A stretch of 59,332 nt of DNA from an uncultured bacterium (GCA_903869825.1 CAIQAL010000038.1:1-59332); one strand, 5' to 3'. Positions 18,921-28,257 are shown, counted from the first letter of the stretch. Numbers and translations: made by a program. The notes: generated from the letters alone by a model not told the origin.

Positions 18921-19820
18921 ATGGAAGATCTAAAATTTTTTAAATTTGGAGGGTTGTATTTCAACCCCGAATCAATGCTCAATTCCCAATCTTTTTTGAG
19001 AAAAGAGACTGAAGGAACAAAAATCATATTTGTTGTTTCGGCCTTAAAGGGGATGACCCGACTTCTCAATCTTATAGTAAAAAGTAAGCTTGAAGAAGAA
19101 CACTTATCGAAAAATGAAAAAGTATTTGCTGAAATGGTAATTGATATGTCCCTTAATGAATTCAAAAAAGTCCACATTGAACTTATCTCAAATATTTTAC
19201 TCGGGAAATACAGAGAAAAAGCATTTGAAGAATTCAATGAAGATTTTTTAAAACTCCAAAGAGATGTTTATCTAACGCCAAACGAATCATTTGCTGCACT
19301 TATCCCTTCTTACGGGGAGTTAGCTTCGTCAAAAATTTTTTCCGTTTTTTTGGATTTCACCGGCATAAAAGGTTTTCTTTTTGATGCTCCAAAATTCTTA
19401 AACACAGATAGAAACTTTCTTGACGCGAGATTAAAGCACTTAGATAAATCGTTTCTGAACTTTCTTGACCTAAATAGAGCTTTGATAACTCAGGGATTTA
19501 TTGGAAGCTATAAAGGAAAACATACGTTGCTTGGTCTGGATGGTTCAGATTTATCTGTTGCTTATCTTGCTGGCGGTGCAATGGACTCTGGTTTCACCAC
19601 TTCCATAACATATATGAAAGATGTGAAAGGTTTTTATCTACAGGACCCTTCTACCACAACAAAAGAAGACTACAGGTTGGAAATATCCTTAGCTGATTAC
19701 CAAAAGCTTCCAAGCCGTCCGATACGACTTGATGCAGTTGAGTACGCCTTATCGAAAGGAGTCCCTGTTCATATGGGGTATTTTCCAGACCCAACTGCTC
19801 CACTGGCAACTATTCATTGA
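18921..19820 (+). CDS. Amino-acid-kinase (aspartokinase-like) catalytic domain protein lacking ACT domains
   Basis: KFGG (N-terminal Lys-Gly motif), VVSALKGMTRLL, GELASSKIF, ITQGFIG...LLGLDGSDLSVAYLAG, YMKDVKGFYLQDP: aspartokinase order. Only 299 aa. Confidence 0.6.
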   Translation: MEDLKFFKFGGLYFNPESMLNSQSFLRKETEGTKIIFVVSALKGMTRLLNLIVKSKLEEEHLSKNEKVFAEMVIDMSLNEFKKVHIELISNILLGKYREKAFEEFNEDFLKLQRDVYLTPNESFAALIPSYGELASSKIFSVFLDFTGIKGFLFDAPKFLNTDRNFLDARLKHLDKSFLNFLDLNRALITQGFIGSYKGKHTLLGLDGSDLSVAYLAGGAMDSGFTTSITYMKDVKGFYLQDPSTTTKEDYRLEISLADYQKLPSRPIRLDAVEYALSKGVPVHMGYFPDPTAPLATIH

Positions 19821-19842
19821 ATCAACCGCATTAATTTGTATC

Positions 19843-19871
19843 GACCCTGATAAAAATCAGGGTCATTTTTT
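19843..19871 (+). terminator. Terminator after the aspartokinase-like gene
   Basis: GACCCTGA taaaaa TCAGGGTC followed by ATTTTTT. Confidence 0.8.
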
Positions 19872-19884
19872 ATATTTACCAACA

Positions 19885-19913
19885 TTGACAATGTTTTTTT
19901 ATTTTGCTAATAT
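19885..19913 (+). promoter_or_regulatory. Promoter TTGACA-17-(TGC)TAATAT for tuf / S10 operon
   Basis: -35 at 19885-19890; extended -10 TGC+TAATAT at 19905-19913. About 125-nt leader. Confidence 0.65.
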
Positions 19914-20045
19914 CAACGCAACTGCACTTTCGCGGTTTTTCTATTGCAAATTTTGCAAAATAGAACATTATAAGATTAATTAATTTAGTAGTTAGGCCTT
20001 AGCAACTTCTCGTATGTTAAGTCTTAGTTATTAATAAAAAAATAT

Positions 20046-21239
20046 ATGGCAGAAGAATTTAAAAGAGACAAGCCACACGTAAACGTAGGAACCATCGGTC
20101 ACGTTGACCATGGGAAGACCACTTTGACTGCGGCTATATTACACGTGTTAAATTTGGCTGGTAAAACAGTCAGACTTCGAGGCGTTGACCAAATCGACAA
20201 TGCGCCTGAAGAAAAAGCTCGTGGAATCACCATTAACATTTCTCACAATGAATACGCTACTGATGCTCGTCACTATGCGCACATCGATGCCCCAGGACAC
20301 GCCGATTACATTAAGAACATGATTACCGGTGCCGCTCAAATGGACGGTGCTATTTTGGTCGTTGCTGCTACTGATGGAGCGATGCCTCAAACTCGTGAAC
20401 ATGTATTGCTTGCAAAACAAGTTGGAGTTCCTCGAATGATCGTTTTCTTAAATAAGTGCGATATGGTTGACGATAAAGACATGATTGATATGGTGGAAGA
20501 AGAAATTCGTGAGCTTTTGACCAAACAAGGATTTGATGGAGCGGGCGCTCCAGTTATTCGAGGTTCTGCCTTGAAAGCACTTGAAGCAACTTCACTTGAT
20601 GATCCATGGGCAAAGAAAATTATTGAATTGACCGATGCTCTTGATACCTATATTCCAGTTCCTGAGAGAGATACTACCAAACCGTTTTTGATGCCAGTTG
20701 AAGACATCTTTTCAATCGAAGGCCGGGGCACTGTGGTTACCGGAAAAATCGAAAGAGGTTCCGTAAAAGTTGGGGAAGAAATCGAAATCGTCGGAATCAA
20801 GCCAACTCAAAAATCAACAGTTACCGGAATTGAAATGTTCAACAAGAACTTACAAGAAGGAATGGCTGGCGACAATGCTGGAATTCTTCTTCGAGGTCTA
20901 AAGAAAGAGGATGTTACCCGCGGACAAGTTCTCTGCAAACCAGGTACTACCACCCCACATGATAATTTCACTTGTGAAGTTTATGTTTTGAAGAAAGAAG
21001 AAGGAGGAAGACACACTCCATTTTTCAAAGGATATAAACCTCAATTCTACATTCGAACTACTGATGTAACTGGAGACGTGTTACTAGCCGATGGAGTAGA
21101 GATGGTTATGCCAGGAGATACAGCCAAGCTTACCGTGAAACTCGTTACCCCAGTTGCTCTTGAAGAATCACAAAAATTTGCGATTCGTGAAGGAGGAAAG
21201 ACTGTCGGAGCCGGAGTTGTTACCAAAATCATTGCTTAA
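20046..21239 (+). CDS. tuf: Elongation factor Tu
   Basis: [25 protein letters not shown]. 397 aa, canonical EF-Tu. Confidence 0.99.
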   Translation: MAEEFKRDKPHVNVGTIGHVDHGKTTLTAAILHVLNLAGKTVRLRGVDQIDNAPEEKARGITINISHNEYATDARHYAHIDAPGHADYIKNMITGAAQMDGAILVVAATDGAMPQTREHVLLAKQVGVPRMIVFLNKCDMVDDKDMIDMVEEEIRELLTKQGFDGAGAPVIRGSALKALEATSLDDPWAKKIIELTDALDTYIPVPERDTTKPFLMPVEDIFSIEGRGTVVTGKIERGSVKVGEEIEIVGIKPTQKSTVTGIEMFNKNLQEGMAGDNAGILLRGLKKEDVTRGQVLCKPGTTTPHDNFTCEVYVLKKEEGGRHTPFFKGYKPQFYIRTTDVTGDVLLADGVEMVMPGDTAKLTVKLVTPVALEESQKFAIREGGKTVGAGVVTKIIA

Positions 21240-21260
21240 TAGATAAGAAAGTCTTAGTTC

Positions 21261-21668
21261 ATGACAACAGAACCTGAAACAAAAACAAAAAAAACAAAAG
21301 CTGTTTCGAAACCAAAAGCGGTTCACAAAACCACTAAGGCAAAAGAAAAGGGTGAAGAAACGGGGGTAGTACTTCGTATTCGTGTTCGAGCTTATGAAAA
21401 TAAGATTTTGGATGCTTCGGTAAAACAAATTATCGATACGGCGATGCGTTATGATGCCAAGATTGTTGGTCCTATTCCACTTCCAACCGAAATTAAGAAA
21501 TACACAGTCAATCGTGCTTCTTTTATCTACAAAAATACACGAGAACAATTTGAGATAAGAGTCCACAAGAGACTGATAGACATCATTAATCCCGGTGCAA
21601 AAACGATTGAAGCACTTACAAATTTGTCTCTTCCAAGCGGGGTAGACATTGATGTAAAGATGCTCTAA
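21261..21668 (+). CDS. rpsJ: 30S ribosomal protein S10 with Lys-rich N-terminal extension
   Basis: The core [24 protein letters not shown]... is uS10. It is preceded by about 33 K/T-rich residues. Confidence 0.95.
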   Translation: MTTEPETKTKKTKAVSKPKAVHKTTKAKEKGEETGVVLRIRVRAYENKILDASVKQIIDTAMRYDAKIVGPIPLPTEIKKYTVNRASFIYKNTREQFEIRVHKRLIDIINPGAKTIEALTNLSLPSGVDIDVKML

Positions 21669-21704
21669 ATAAAAAATTATACGAATTAATAATTACAAAT
21701 TAAA

Positions 21705-22319
21705 ATGAAATTTATCCTTGGAAAAAAAGAAAATATGACGCAATACTTCTCTGGAGATGGGGAGGTTGTTCCAGTAACGATTGTTTCCGCTGGCCCGATG
21801 ACGGTGACTCGAGTGTTTGAAAAATCCAAGGATGGTTACAATGCCGTGCAAGTTGGATATGGTATTCAAAAAAAACAAAGAATTACTAAGGCGGTTACTG
21901 GCCAAATGAAGGGAGGGTTTTACCAAACTTTGAAGGAATTCAGACTAAAACCAACTGACACAAACGCTTCCAAAGAAGGAGAAGTTATTGATGTTTCATC
22001 TTTTGTGGCAGGTGATAAAGTTATGGTTTCCAGTATTTCAAAAGGGAAAGGCTTTCAAGGAGTTGTGAAAAGACACGGTTTCGGAGGAGGACCAAGAAGT
22101 CACGGACAAAAGCACTCTGAAAGAGAGCCAGGAAGTATCGGAGGAGGTCTTCGAACTCACGTGCCAAAAGGAATGAGAATGCCTGGAAGAATGGGCTCGG
22201 ACAAAATAACCCAAAAGAACTTGAAAGTTATTTTTGTTGATACGGAAAATAATACAATGCTAATCAAGGGAGCGATTTCCGGCAAACGCGGAACTTTAGT
22301 GGAAATAGTTGCAAGATAA
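21705..22319 (+). CDS. rplC: 50S ribosomal protein L3
   Basis: Canonical uL3 (GKGFQGVVKRHGFGGGPRSHG). Confidence 0.97.
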   Translation: MKFILGKKENMTQYFSGDGEVVPVTIVSAGPMTVTRVFEKSKDGYNAVQVGYGIQKKQRITKAVTGQMKGGFYQTLKEFRLKPTDTNASKEGEVIDVSSFVAGDKVMVSSISKGKGFQGVVKRHGFGGGPRSHGQKHSEREPGSIGGGLRTHVPKGMRMPGRMGSDKITQKNLKVIFVDTENNTMLIKGAISGKRGTLVEIVAR

Positions 22320-22323
22320 ATTT

Positions 22324-22983
22324 ATGGAATCAAAAATATACAATCAAAAAGGAAAAGAAGTCGGAACGGTTAGCCTTTCGGAGAAAGTTTTTTCTGCTAA
22401 ATGGCGAGCTGATTTGGTTCACCAAGTAGTTGAAGGAATGCGTTCGAATAAACGCGCCGGCACCGCTGACACTAAAGACCGAGGAGAAGTTCGCGGAGGA
22501 GGCAGGAAACCTTGGAAACAAAAGGGAACCGGCCGAGCTAGGCACGGTTCTTCTCGTAGCCCTATTTGGGTAGGAGGAGGAGTCACCCATGGACCACTAG
22601 CCGAAAAAAATTACAAGAGGAAAATTTCCAAGAAAATGCGAGCCCAGGCATTGTTCTCAGTTCTTTCCAAGAAATTTAAAGACGGAGAAATCCTTTTTAT
22701 TGATTCACTTGAAACCGTTGATATGAAAACTAAGAGCGCCGAAGAAGTAATGAAAAATTTGGGAAAAATTAAAGGTTATCGCCCGTTTGCCACTTCCAAG
22801 AAACCAAAAGTTTTGACCGCTTTGTTTGAAAGAAATGAAAAGATCGAAAAAAGTTATCGAAACCTGGCTCAAAACGAGATTGTCTTTGTAAAGAATTTGA
22901 ATCCGCTTGATGTTTTAAATTATCAATATTTGTTGATTGAACGACCGGAAGAAAGTGTGAAGTTTTTGGAGTCCAGAGGATAA
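22324..22983 (+). CDS. rplD: 50S ribosomal protein L4
   Basis: uL4 (GGGRKPWKQKGTGRARHGSSRSPIWVGGG). ATG 22324 lies just after the rplC stop. Confidence 0.97.
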   Translation: MESKIYNQKGKEVGTVSLSEKVFSAKWRADLVHQVVEGMRSNKRAGTADTKDRGEVRGGGRKPWKQKGTGRARHGSSRSPIWVGGGVTHGPLAEKNYKRKISKKMRAQALFSVLSKKFKDGEILFIDSLETVDMKTKSAEEVMKNLGKIKGYRPFATSKKPKVLTALFERNEKIEKSYRNLAQNEIVFVKNLNPLDVLNYQYLLIERPEESVKFLESRG

Positions 22984-23003
22984 TTATCGAATAATTAAAA
23001 TAT

Positions 23004-23276
23004 ATGAATTTAAAATTAATTAAAAACCCAAGAATTACCGAAAAAGCTTCTTTCCATGCGGAACAGAATATTTACACTTTTGATATTTCCGATGATGCAA
23101 ACAAGACCGAACTAAAGAAAGCCATTTTTGCTTTGTACAAAGTTCATCCAACCAAAATAAATATTTTAAGAGTAAAGGAAAAGCATGTCATTTCAAGAGG
23201 AGTAAAGGGAGTAAAAACTGGAGGCAAAAAGGCCCTAGTGTATTTAAAAGAAGGAGATAAGATTGAGTTTATATAA
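23004..23276 (+). CDS. rplW: 50S ribosomal protein L23
   Basis: uL23 pattern; position between rplD and rplB. Confidence 0.95.
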   Translation: MNLKLIKNPRITEKASFHAEQNIYTFDISDDANKTELKKAIFALYKVHPTKINILRVKEKHVISRGVKGVKTGGKKALVYLKEGDKIEFI

Positions 23277-23279
23277 TTT

Positions 23280-24128
23280 ATGAAAACCTACAAACCGACA
23301 AGTAAATCAAGAAGACAGATGACCAACGTGACTTACCGTGGAGTTTTGACTGTCTCTGAGCCGACCAAAGCTTTGACACATGGTTTTCGTCGTTCAGTTG
23401 GACGGAACAGTCAAGGGCGCATTACTACTCGGCACAAAGGAGCCGGACACAAACGTTTATACCGAGATATCGATTTTCTATACAATAAAAAAGATATTCC
23501 AGCTAAAATCACGACAGTAGAATATGACCCAAATCGTTCTGCTTTCATTGGACTTGCCGTTTATAAAGATGGAGAAAAAAGATATGTTGTTTTGCCAAAA
23601 TCAGTAAGACCAGGACATATATTTTTGGTTTCCGAAAAAGCGGAATTAAATCCTGGAAATAGACTGCCACTTAAAAATATTCCAGTTGGAACTTTCGTTT
23701 ACAATGTTGAACTTAAACCAAGAGGAGGAGCGAAGATTAGTCGTTCGGCAGGAATCTTTGCTCAAGTAGTGGCAAACGCTGACGGATACTCAAACATTAA
23801 AATGCCATCGACTGAAATCAGAAAAATTCCGGAAAATTGTTGGGCTTGTGTCGGGACAGTTTCAAACGAAGAACATCATTTGGAAAATTACGGCAAAGCG
23901 GGGCGCTCTCGTTGGAAGGGAATCCGACCAACCGTTCGAGGAACTGCGATGAATCCGGTAGACCACCCATACGGAGGAGGAGAAGGCCGTCAGGGTCGTG
24001 GGACAAAACGCCCAAAGACAATGTGGGGGAAAGTTACCGGAGGACGAAAGACCCGTCACCCAAAGAAATATTCAAACGTCTTTATGGTTTCCCGCCGAAA
24101 AACCGGTAAGGGAAGAAAGTCACAATAA
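23280..24128 (+). CDS. rplB: 50S ribosomal protein L2
   Basis: uL2 (RGTAMNPVDHPYGGGEGR). Confidence 0.98.
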   Translation: MKTYKPTSKSRRQMTNVTYRGVLTVSEPTKALTHGFRRSVGRNSQGRITTRHKGAGHKRLYRDIDFLYNKKDIPAKITTVEYDPNRSAFIGLAVYKDGEKRYVVLPKSVRPGHIFLVSEKAELNPGNRLPLKNIPVGTFVYNVELKPRGGAKISRSAGIFAQVVANADGYSNIKMPSTEIRKIPENCWACVGTVSNEEHHLENYGKAGRSRWKGIRPTVRGTAMNPVDHPYGGGEGRQGRGTKRPKTMWGKVTGGRKTRHPKKYSNVFMVSRRKTGKGRKSQ

Positions 24129-24130
24129 AA

Positions 24131-24169
24131 CTAAACAAAAACACAGGAAAATCCTGTGTTTTTGTTTAG
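24131..24169 (+). terminator. Perfect 17-bp-stem hairpin directly after rplB
   Basis: CTAAACAAAAACACAGG aaaat CCTGTGTTTTTGTTTAG. The upper GC part is followed by a U-rich 3' arm. Confidence 0.7.
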
Positions 24170-24227
24170 TAACAAGGTGCGAAAATTTTTTGCTGTTTTT
24201 TTATAAAAATGATAAGCTCACTATAAT

Positions 24228-25268
24228 ATGTCGCTTCAAAGATTTCCAGGCTTTATTGATGCGCACGTTCATTTACGAGAACCAGGCGCAACGCACAAAG
24301 AAGATTTTTATACCGGAAGCCGGGCAGCAATTGCCGGCGGATTTACTTTTGTTATTGATATGCCGAATAATCCCATCCCAACTATTACCAAAGAACGTCT
24401 TGAAGAAAAAATTAATCTTGCAAAAAAAGCATTGTGTGATGTAGGATTTTATTTTGGGACGGATGGTAAAAATATGAATGAATTTTCCAAGGTGTGGAAC
24501 TTGCCTCAGGTTTTTGGGTTGAAAGTATATTGTTCCCATACCACTGGTGATTTGTTGATCGAGGACGAACAAACATTAAAAGAAATTTTTTCAAGTTGGA
24601 ATTCAGAAAAACCGATTTTGGTTCACGCCGAGAAAGATCGTTTGATGATGGCACTTAAGTTGGCGGAAAAATTCAGCCGCCGACTTCACGTGTGTCATAT
24701 TTCGTTAAAAGAAGAAGTGGAGATGGTGCGAGAAGTAAAACAAAGAGGACAAAAAGTAACTGCTGGAGTTACTCCGCACCACTTATATTTTTCAAGAGGA
24801 CCAGGGATTTTTCTGCTTAAGGGGTATGGAGAAATGAAGCCACCGATCGGAACCAAAGACGATCAGAAAGCTTTATGGCAGGCTTTAAAAGACGGGACAA
24901 TCGATATTGTTGAGACTGACCATGCTCCTCATACTAAAGAAGAAAAAGAAAAGGATTCTCCGTTTTTTGGGGTACCAGGACTTGAAACAGCCGTAGGACT
25001 TATGTTTAAAGCAGTAAAAGATGGACGGATCACAATTGCAGATGTTTTAAAATATTTAAATACTAACCCAAGGAAAATTTTTAATATCCCGGAGCAGTTA
25101 GATACTTTTGTGGAACTTGATTCAGAAAAAGAATATTTAGTAGGGAAGATAGGGTATGAAACAAAATGTGGATGGTCTCCATTTGAGGGCATGAATTTTT
25201 TCGGAAAACCTGAAACAGTTGTGTTTCGTGGAAAAAAGTTATTGGAAGGAGGGAAAATAATTAATTGA
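24228..25268 (+). CDS. pyrC: Dihydroorotase
   Basis: FIDAHVHLREPG, DMPNN, HAE...HVCHIS, ETDHAPH metal-ligand pattern of amidohydrolase-type DHOase. Confidence 0.85.
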   Translation: MSLQRFPGFIDAHVHLREPGATHKEDFYTGSRAAIAGGFTFVIDMPNNPIPTITKERLEEKINLAKKALCDVGFYFGTDGKNMNEFSKVWNLPQVFGLKVYCSHTTGDLLIEDEQTLKEIFSSWNSEKPILVHAEKDRLMMALKLAEKFSRRLHVCHISLKEEVEMVREVKQRGQKVTAGVTPHHLYFSRGPGIFLLKGYGEMKPPIGTKDDQKALWQALKDGTIDIVETDHAPHTKEEKEKDSPFFGVPGLETAVGLMFKAVKDGRITIADVLKYLNTNPRKIFNIPEQLDTFVELDSEKEYLVGKIGYETKCGWSPFEGMNFFGKPETVVFRGKKLLEGGKIIN

Positions 25269-25272
25269 ACTT

Positions 25273-26343
25273 ATGCTTTACGAACCTTTTTACAACCCAA
25301 AAAAATCATACGAGGAGAACTTCGAGAGTGGTCCATTTGGAATATTTGTAGATGGAAAAATTTTAGAAAACTTGGGTGGAGCTAAATATGAATTTTTTGG
25401 TCACAAGGTTTTTTCCCCTTTTGGTATTCCAGCCGGGCCTCTTATTAACGGGAAATTTGCCCAAAAAGCTTTAGAAAAAGGGTTTGATTTAGTAGTTTAT
25501 AAAACTGTCAGAACAGAAAAATACCCATGCCACCCTTGGCCAAACATTTTAGCAGTTCAAGTTGAGGGTGATTTGACTCTAGAAAAGTCCGAGGTCAGGC
25601 TAATGGCGAATAATAAATACGAAGAACCGCTTTCGATTACCAATTCGTTTGGAGTGCCATCCGCTCCACCGGAATTTTGGCAGAAAGATATTGAAAAACT
25701 GATTAAGGAAACGAAAGATGGGCAGATAGTAATCGGAGCTTTTCAGGGAACAAAAAACAAAGAAGGGGATGCGGATTTATTTGCGAAAGATTTTTGTGCT
25801 TGCGCAAAACTCTTAAAAGAGGCCGGAGTAAAAGTTTTTGAAGTCAATTTGAGTTGTCCAAACGAAGGGACGGGGAACCTTCTTTGTTACGACACCGAGG
25901 GGAGTGTGAAGATAATAAAAAAAATAAAAGAAGAACTCGGGACTTTGCCACTAATCATCAAGATCGGTTATTTCAAAGACTTAGAAAAGTTTCAGGAATT
26001 TGTAAAAAGAGTCGGGAGTCTCGTGGAAGGAATCTCAGCCATAAATACAATCGCAGCTGAGATTGTAGATGAAAATGGCAAACAATCATTGCCAGGAGAA
26101 GGGAGACTCAGGAGTGGAGTCTGTGGACATTCCATCAAGTGGGCAGGGCTAGAAATGGTTGGTAGATTAAAAAAACTTCGCGAGGAATTTGGGTACTCGT
26201 ATACTATAATAGGGGTAGGTGGGGTATTTAATAAAGAAGATTTTCTTGAGTATCAAAAAAAAGGAGCAGATATTGTTATGTCGGCGACTGGAGCAATGTG
26301 GAATCCATATCTTGCGAAAGAAATTAAAAGTAAGCTTAACTAA
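25273..26343 (+). CDS. pyrD: Dihydroorotate dehydrogenase (class 1-like)
   Basis: NLSCPN catalytic-Cys motif, AINTI, IIGVGGV...GADIVMSATG FMN-binding C-terminus. 356 aa. Confidence 0.75.
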   Translation: MLYEPFYNPKKSYEENFESGPFGIFVDGKILENLGGAKYEFFGHKVFSPFGIPAGPLINGKFAQKALEKGFDLVVYKTVRTEKYPCHPWPNILAVQVEGDLTLEKSEVRLMANNKYEEPLSITNSFGVPSAPPEFWQKDIEKLIKETKDGQIVIGAFQGTKNKEGDADLFAKDFCACAKLLKEAGVKVFEVNLSCPNEGTGNLLCYDTEGSVKIIKKIKEELGTLPLIIKIGYFKDLEKFQEFVKRVGSLVEGISAINTIAAEIVDENGKQSLPGEGRLRSGVCGHSIKWAGLEMVGRLKKLREEFGYSYTIIGVGGVFNKEDFLEYQKKGADIVMSATGAMWNPYLAKEIKSKLN

Positions 26344-26349
26344 AAAATT

Positions 26350-26991
26350 ATGGAACGAGAAAAAAAAGTGGCCAGAGCATTAATAGAAATCGGAGCAGTC
26401 GGATTTACCCTAGAGAATCCGGTGACTTTTAAGTCGGGAATTATTTCACCGGTGTATGTAGATAATAGAAAATTTCCTTATTACCCCAATGAGTGGAAAG
26501 TTGTAATTGAAGGCTTTAAAGATTTAATAAAAGAAAAAAATATATCTTTTGATGTTATAGCCGGCGTTGCGTTGGGTGGTATTCCACATTCGGCAGCACT
26601 TGGTTTTTCTCTAAATGTATCTTCTGTTTTTGTTAGAACTCTAGCAAAAGAGCATGGTAAAAAAAGTATGATAGGAGGAGGAGAAGTTAAAGATAAAAAA
26701 GTAATATTGATTGAAGATTTAGTTTCCACAGGAATTAGCAGTTTGGGCGGAATAAAGTCTTTAAGAGATGAAGGTGCAGAAGTTTCTGATTGTTTTGTTG
26801 TTGTAAGTTATGGTTTCCACGAGGCGGAGGAGGCTTTTAAAAATGCAAAGGTGAATTTGCACCCACTTACGACTTTTCCGGTTATTTTAAAGGAAGCCGA
26901 AAGTATGGGAAAGTTGACTGCTGGAGAAGTAACAAAAATTATGGAATGGTTTCAAGACCCACATGGTTTGGGAGAAAAATATAAAAAATAA
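26350..26991 (+). CDS. pyrE: Orotate phosphoribosyltransferase
   Basis: PRPP-binding VILIEDLVSTGISS motif; type I PRT fold. Confidence 0.85.
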   Translation: MEREKKVARALIEIGAVGFTLENPVTFKSGIISPVYVDNRKFPYYPNEWKVVIEGFKDLIKEKNISFDVIAGVALGGIPHSAALGFSLNVSSVFVRTLAKEHGKKSMIGGGEVKDKKVILIEDLVSTGISSLGGIKSLRDEGAEVSDCFVVVSYGFHEAEEAFKNAKVNLHPLTTFPVILKEAESMGKLTAGEVTKIMEWFQDPHGLGEKYKK

Positions 26992-26994
26992 AGT

Positions 26995-27813
26995 ATGAAT
27001 ATTTTAGAAAAATACAACAAAAGAGCGAAAGAAATTAATTCACTTCTGTGTGTTGGGCTTGATGCCGACTTTAAAAAAATTCCGGAAAGATTTCTCGCGC
27101 TAGAGTTTCCTCAATTTGAATTTAATAAATGGATTATTGAAGAAACCCACGAATACGCTGCTGCATATAAGCCAAATAGCGCTTTTTATGAAGCCAGGGG
27201 GGATAAGGGGATAAAAGAACTCAAAATGACCAGTGATTATTTGGCCGAAAGGTATCCGGACATTGTTCGAATTTTAGATGCGAAAAGGGGAGATATCGGA
27301 AATACCAATCAAGGCTATGTAGATTTTATTTTTGACTGGTTAAACTTTGATGCAGTTACCATTTATCCATATCTCGGACTTGAAGCAGTTCAACCTTTTT
27401 TAGATCGGAAAGACAAAGCAATCATTATTTTGTGTCGGACATCAAACTCTGGCGCGAAAGACTTCCAGGATTTAATAGTGAACGATGTACCTCTATGGCA
27501 AATCGTGGCGGAAAAAATCTCAAGTGAATGGAATAAAAACAACAATTGTATGCTGGTAGTAGGGGCAACTTATCCGCAAGAGTTGAAAAAAATCCGTTCC
27601 ATTGCTCCAGGGATTACTTTTCTAGTGCCCGGGGTTGGAGCTCAAGGGGGGAATGTTAAAGAAGTAATTGATAGTGGAATAAACAAAAGTGGGTTAGGTC
27701 TTATCATCAATTCTTCTCGGGGGATTATTTTTGCCGAAAATCCCAAAAAAGAAGCAGAAATTACCCGTGATGAAATAAGAAAATGGCAGCCAAAAATGAA
27801 GGGGTCCTCTTAA
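26995..27813 (+). CDS. pyrF: Orotidine-5'-phosphate decarboxylase (long/type 2 form)
   Basis: LCVGLDAD, ILDAKRGDIGNT, LVPGVGAQGG motifs. Confidence 0.85.
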   Translation: MNILEKYNKRAKEINSLLCVGLDADFKKIPERFLALEFPQFEFNKWIIEETHEYAAAYKPNSAFYEARGDKGIKELKMTSDYLAERYPDIVRILDAKRGDIGNTNQGYVDFIFDWLNFDAVTIYPYLGLEAVQPFLDRKDKAIIILCRTSNSGAKDFQDLIVNDVPLWQIVAEKISSEWNKNNNCMLVVGATYPQELKKIRSIAPGITFLVPGVGAQGGNVKEVIDSGINKSGLGLIINSSRGIIFAENPKKEAEITRDEIRKWQPKMKGSS

Positions 27814-27814
27814 T

Positions 27815-27842
27815 TTGACTTTATATTTAAATTTGCTAATAT
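27815..27842 (+). promoter_or_regulatory. Promoter TTGACT-16-(TGC)TAATAT ahead of rpsS
   Basis: -35 at 27815-27820; extended -10 TGC+TAATAT at 27834-27842. Confidence 0.6.
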
Positions 27843-27881
27843 GATTTGAGGCTCGATTAGGGCCTTGTTTTAATATTATCT

Positions 27882-28229
27882 ATGACTAGATCAATCAAAA
27901 AAGGAATAAATGTGGACGAAAAATTGCTGTCAAAAATTGCTGGCAAAAACCCGCTCAACACTCCGGTTATTAAAACCTGGAAAAGAGCTTGTCAGATAGC
28001 CCCAGAAATGGTGGGTTTTACTTTTGGAGTTCACAATGGCAAGAATCACATTGAAGTATTAGTTACCGAAGATATGGTAGGGCACAGGCTCGGTGAGTTT
28101 TCCCCAACCAGAAAGTTTATTAAACACGGAGGTAAGATGCAGAAAGAGTTGGAACAGAAAAAGAAGGAAGCTGAAATTACTCAAGCAAAATCCGCAACTG
28201 TTGCCGCGACGGATGCTAAAAAGAAATAA
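27882..28229 (+). CDS. rpsS: 30S ribosomal protein S19 with charged C-terminal tail
   Basis: uS19 core (TWKRACQIAPEMVGFTFGVHNGK...GHRLGEF) plus a K/E/A-rich tail of about 23 aa. Confidence 0.96.
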   Translation: MTRSIKKGINVDEKLLSKIAGKNPLNTPVIKTWKRACQIAPEMVGFTFGVHNGKNHIEVLVTEDMVGHRLGEFSPTRKFIKHGGKMQKELEQKKKEAEITQAKSATVAATDAKKK

Positions 28230-28257
28230 TTATTCGACAGGTTCATAATAAATTACG

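Noticed and set aside
19944-19958. TTGCAAATTTTGCAA near-palindrome in the tuf leader, considered as an operator or hairpin
   Set aside because: As RNA the loop would be 1 nt, which is not foldable. As DNA it is short and A/T-rich, and I have no supporting second site.
24222-24227. TATAAT hexamer directly abutting the pyrC ATG, considered as the pyrC promoter
   Set aside because: A -10 element ending 0 nt from the start codon cannot produce a transcript that contains that ATG. It is probably a chance hexamer in A/T-rich spacer.
23998-24444. 148-aa plus-strand ORF spanning the rplB 3' end, the 17-bp hairpin and the pyrC start
   Set aside because: It overlaps two well-supported genes in other frames and runs through a terminator. 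The composition is R/K/Q-rich junk.
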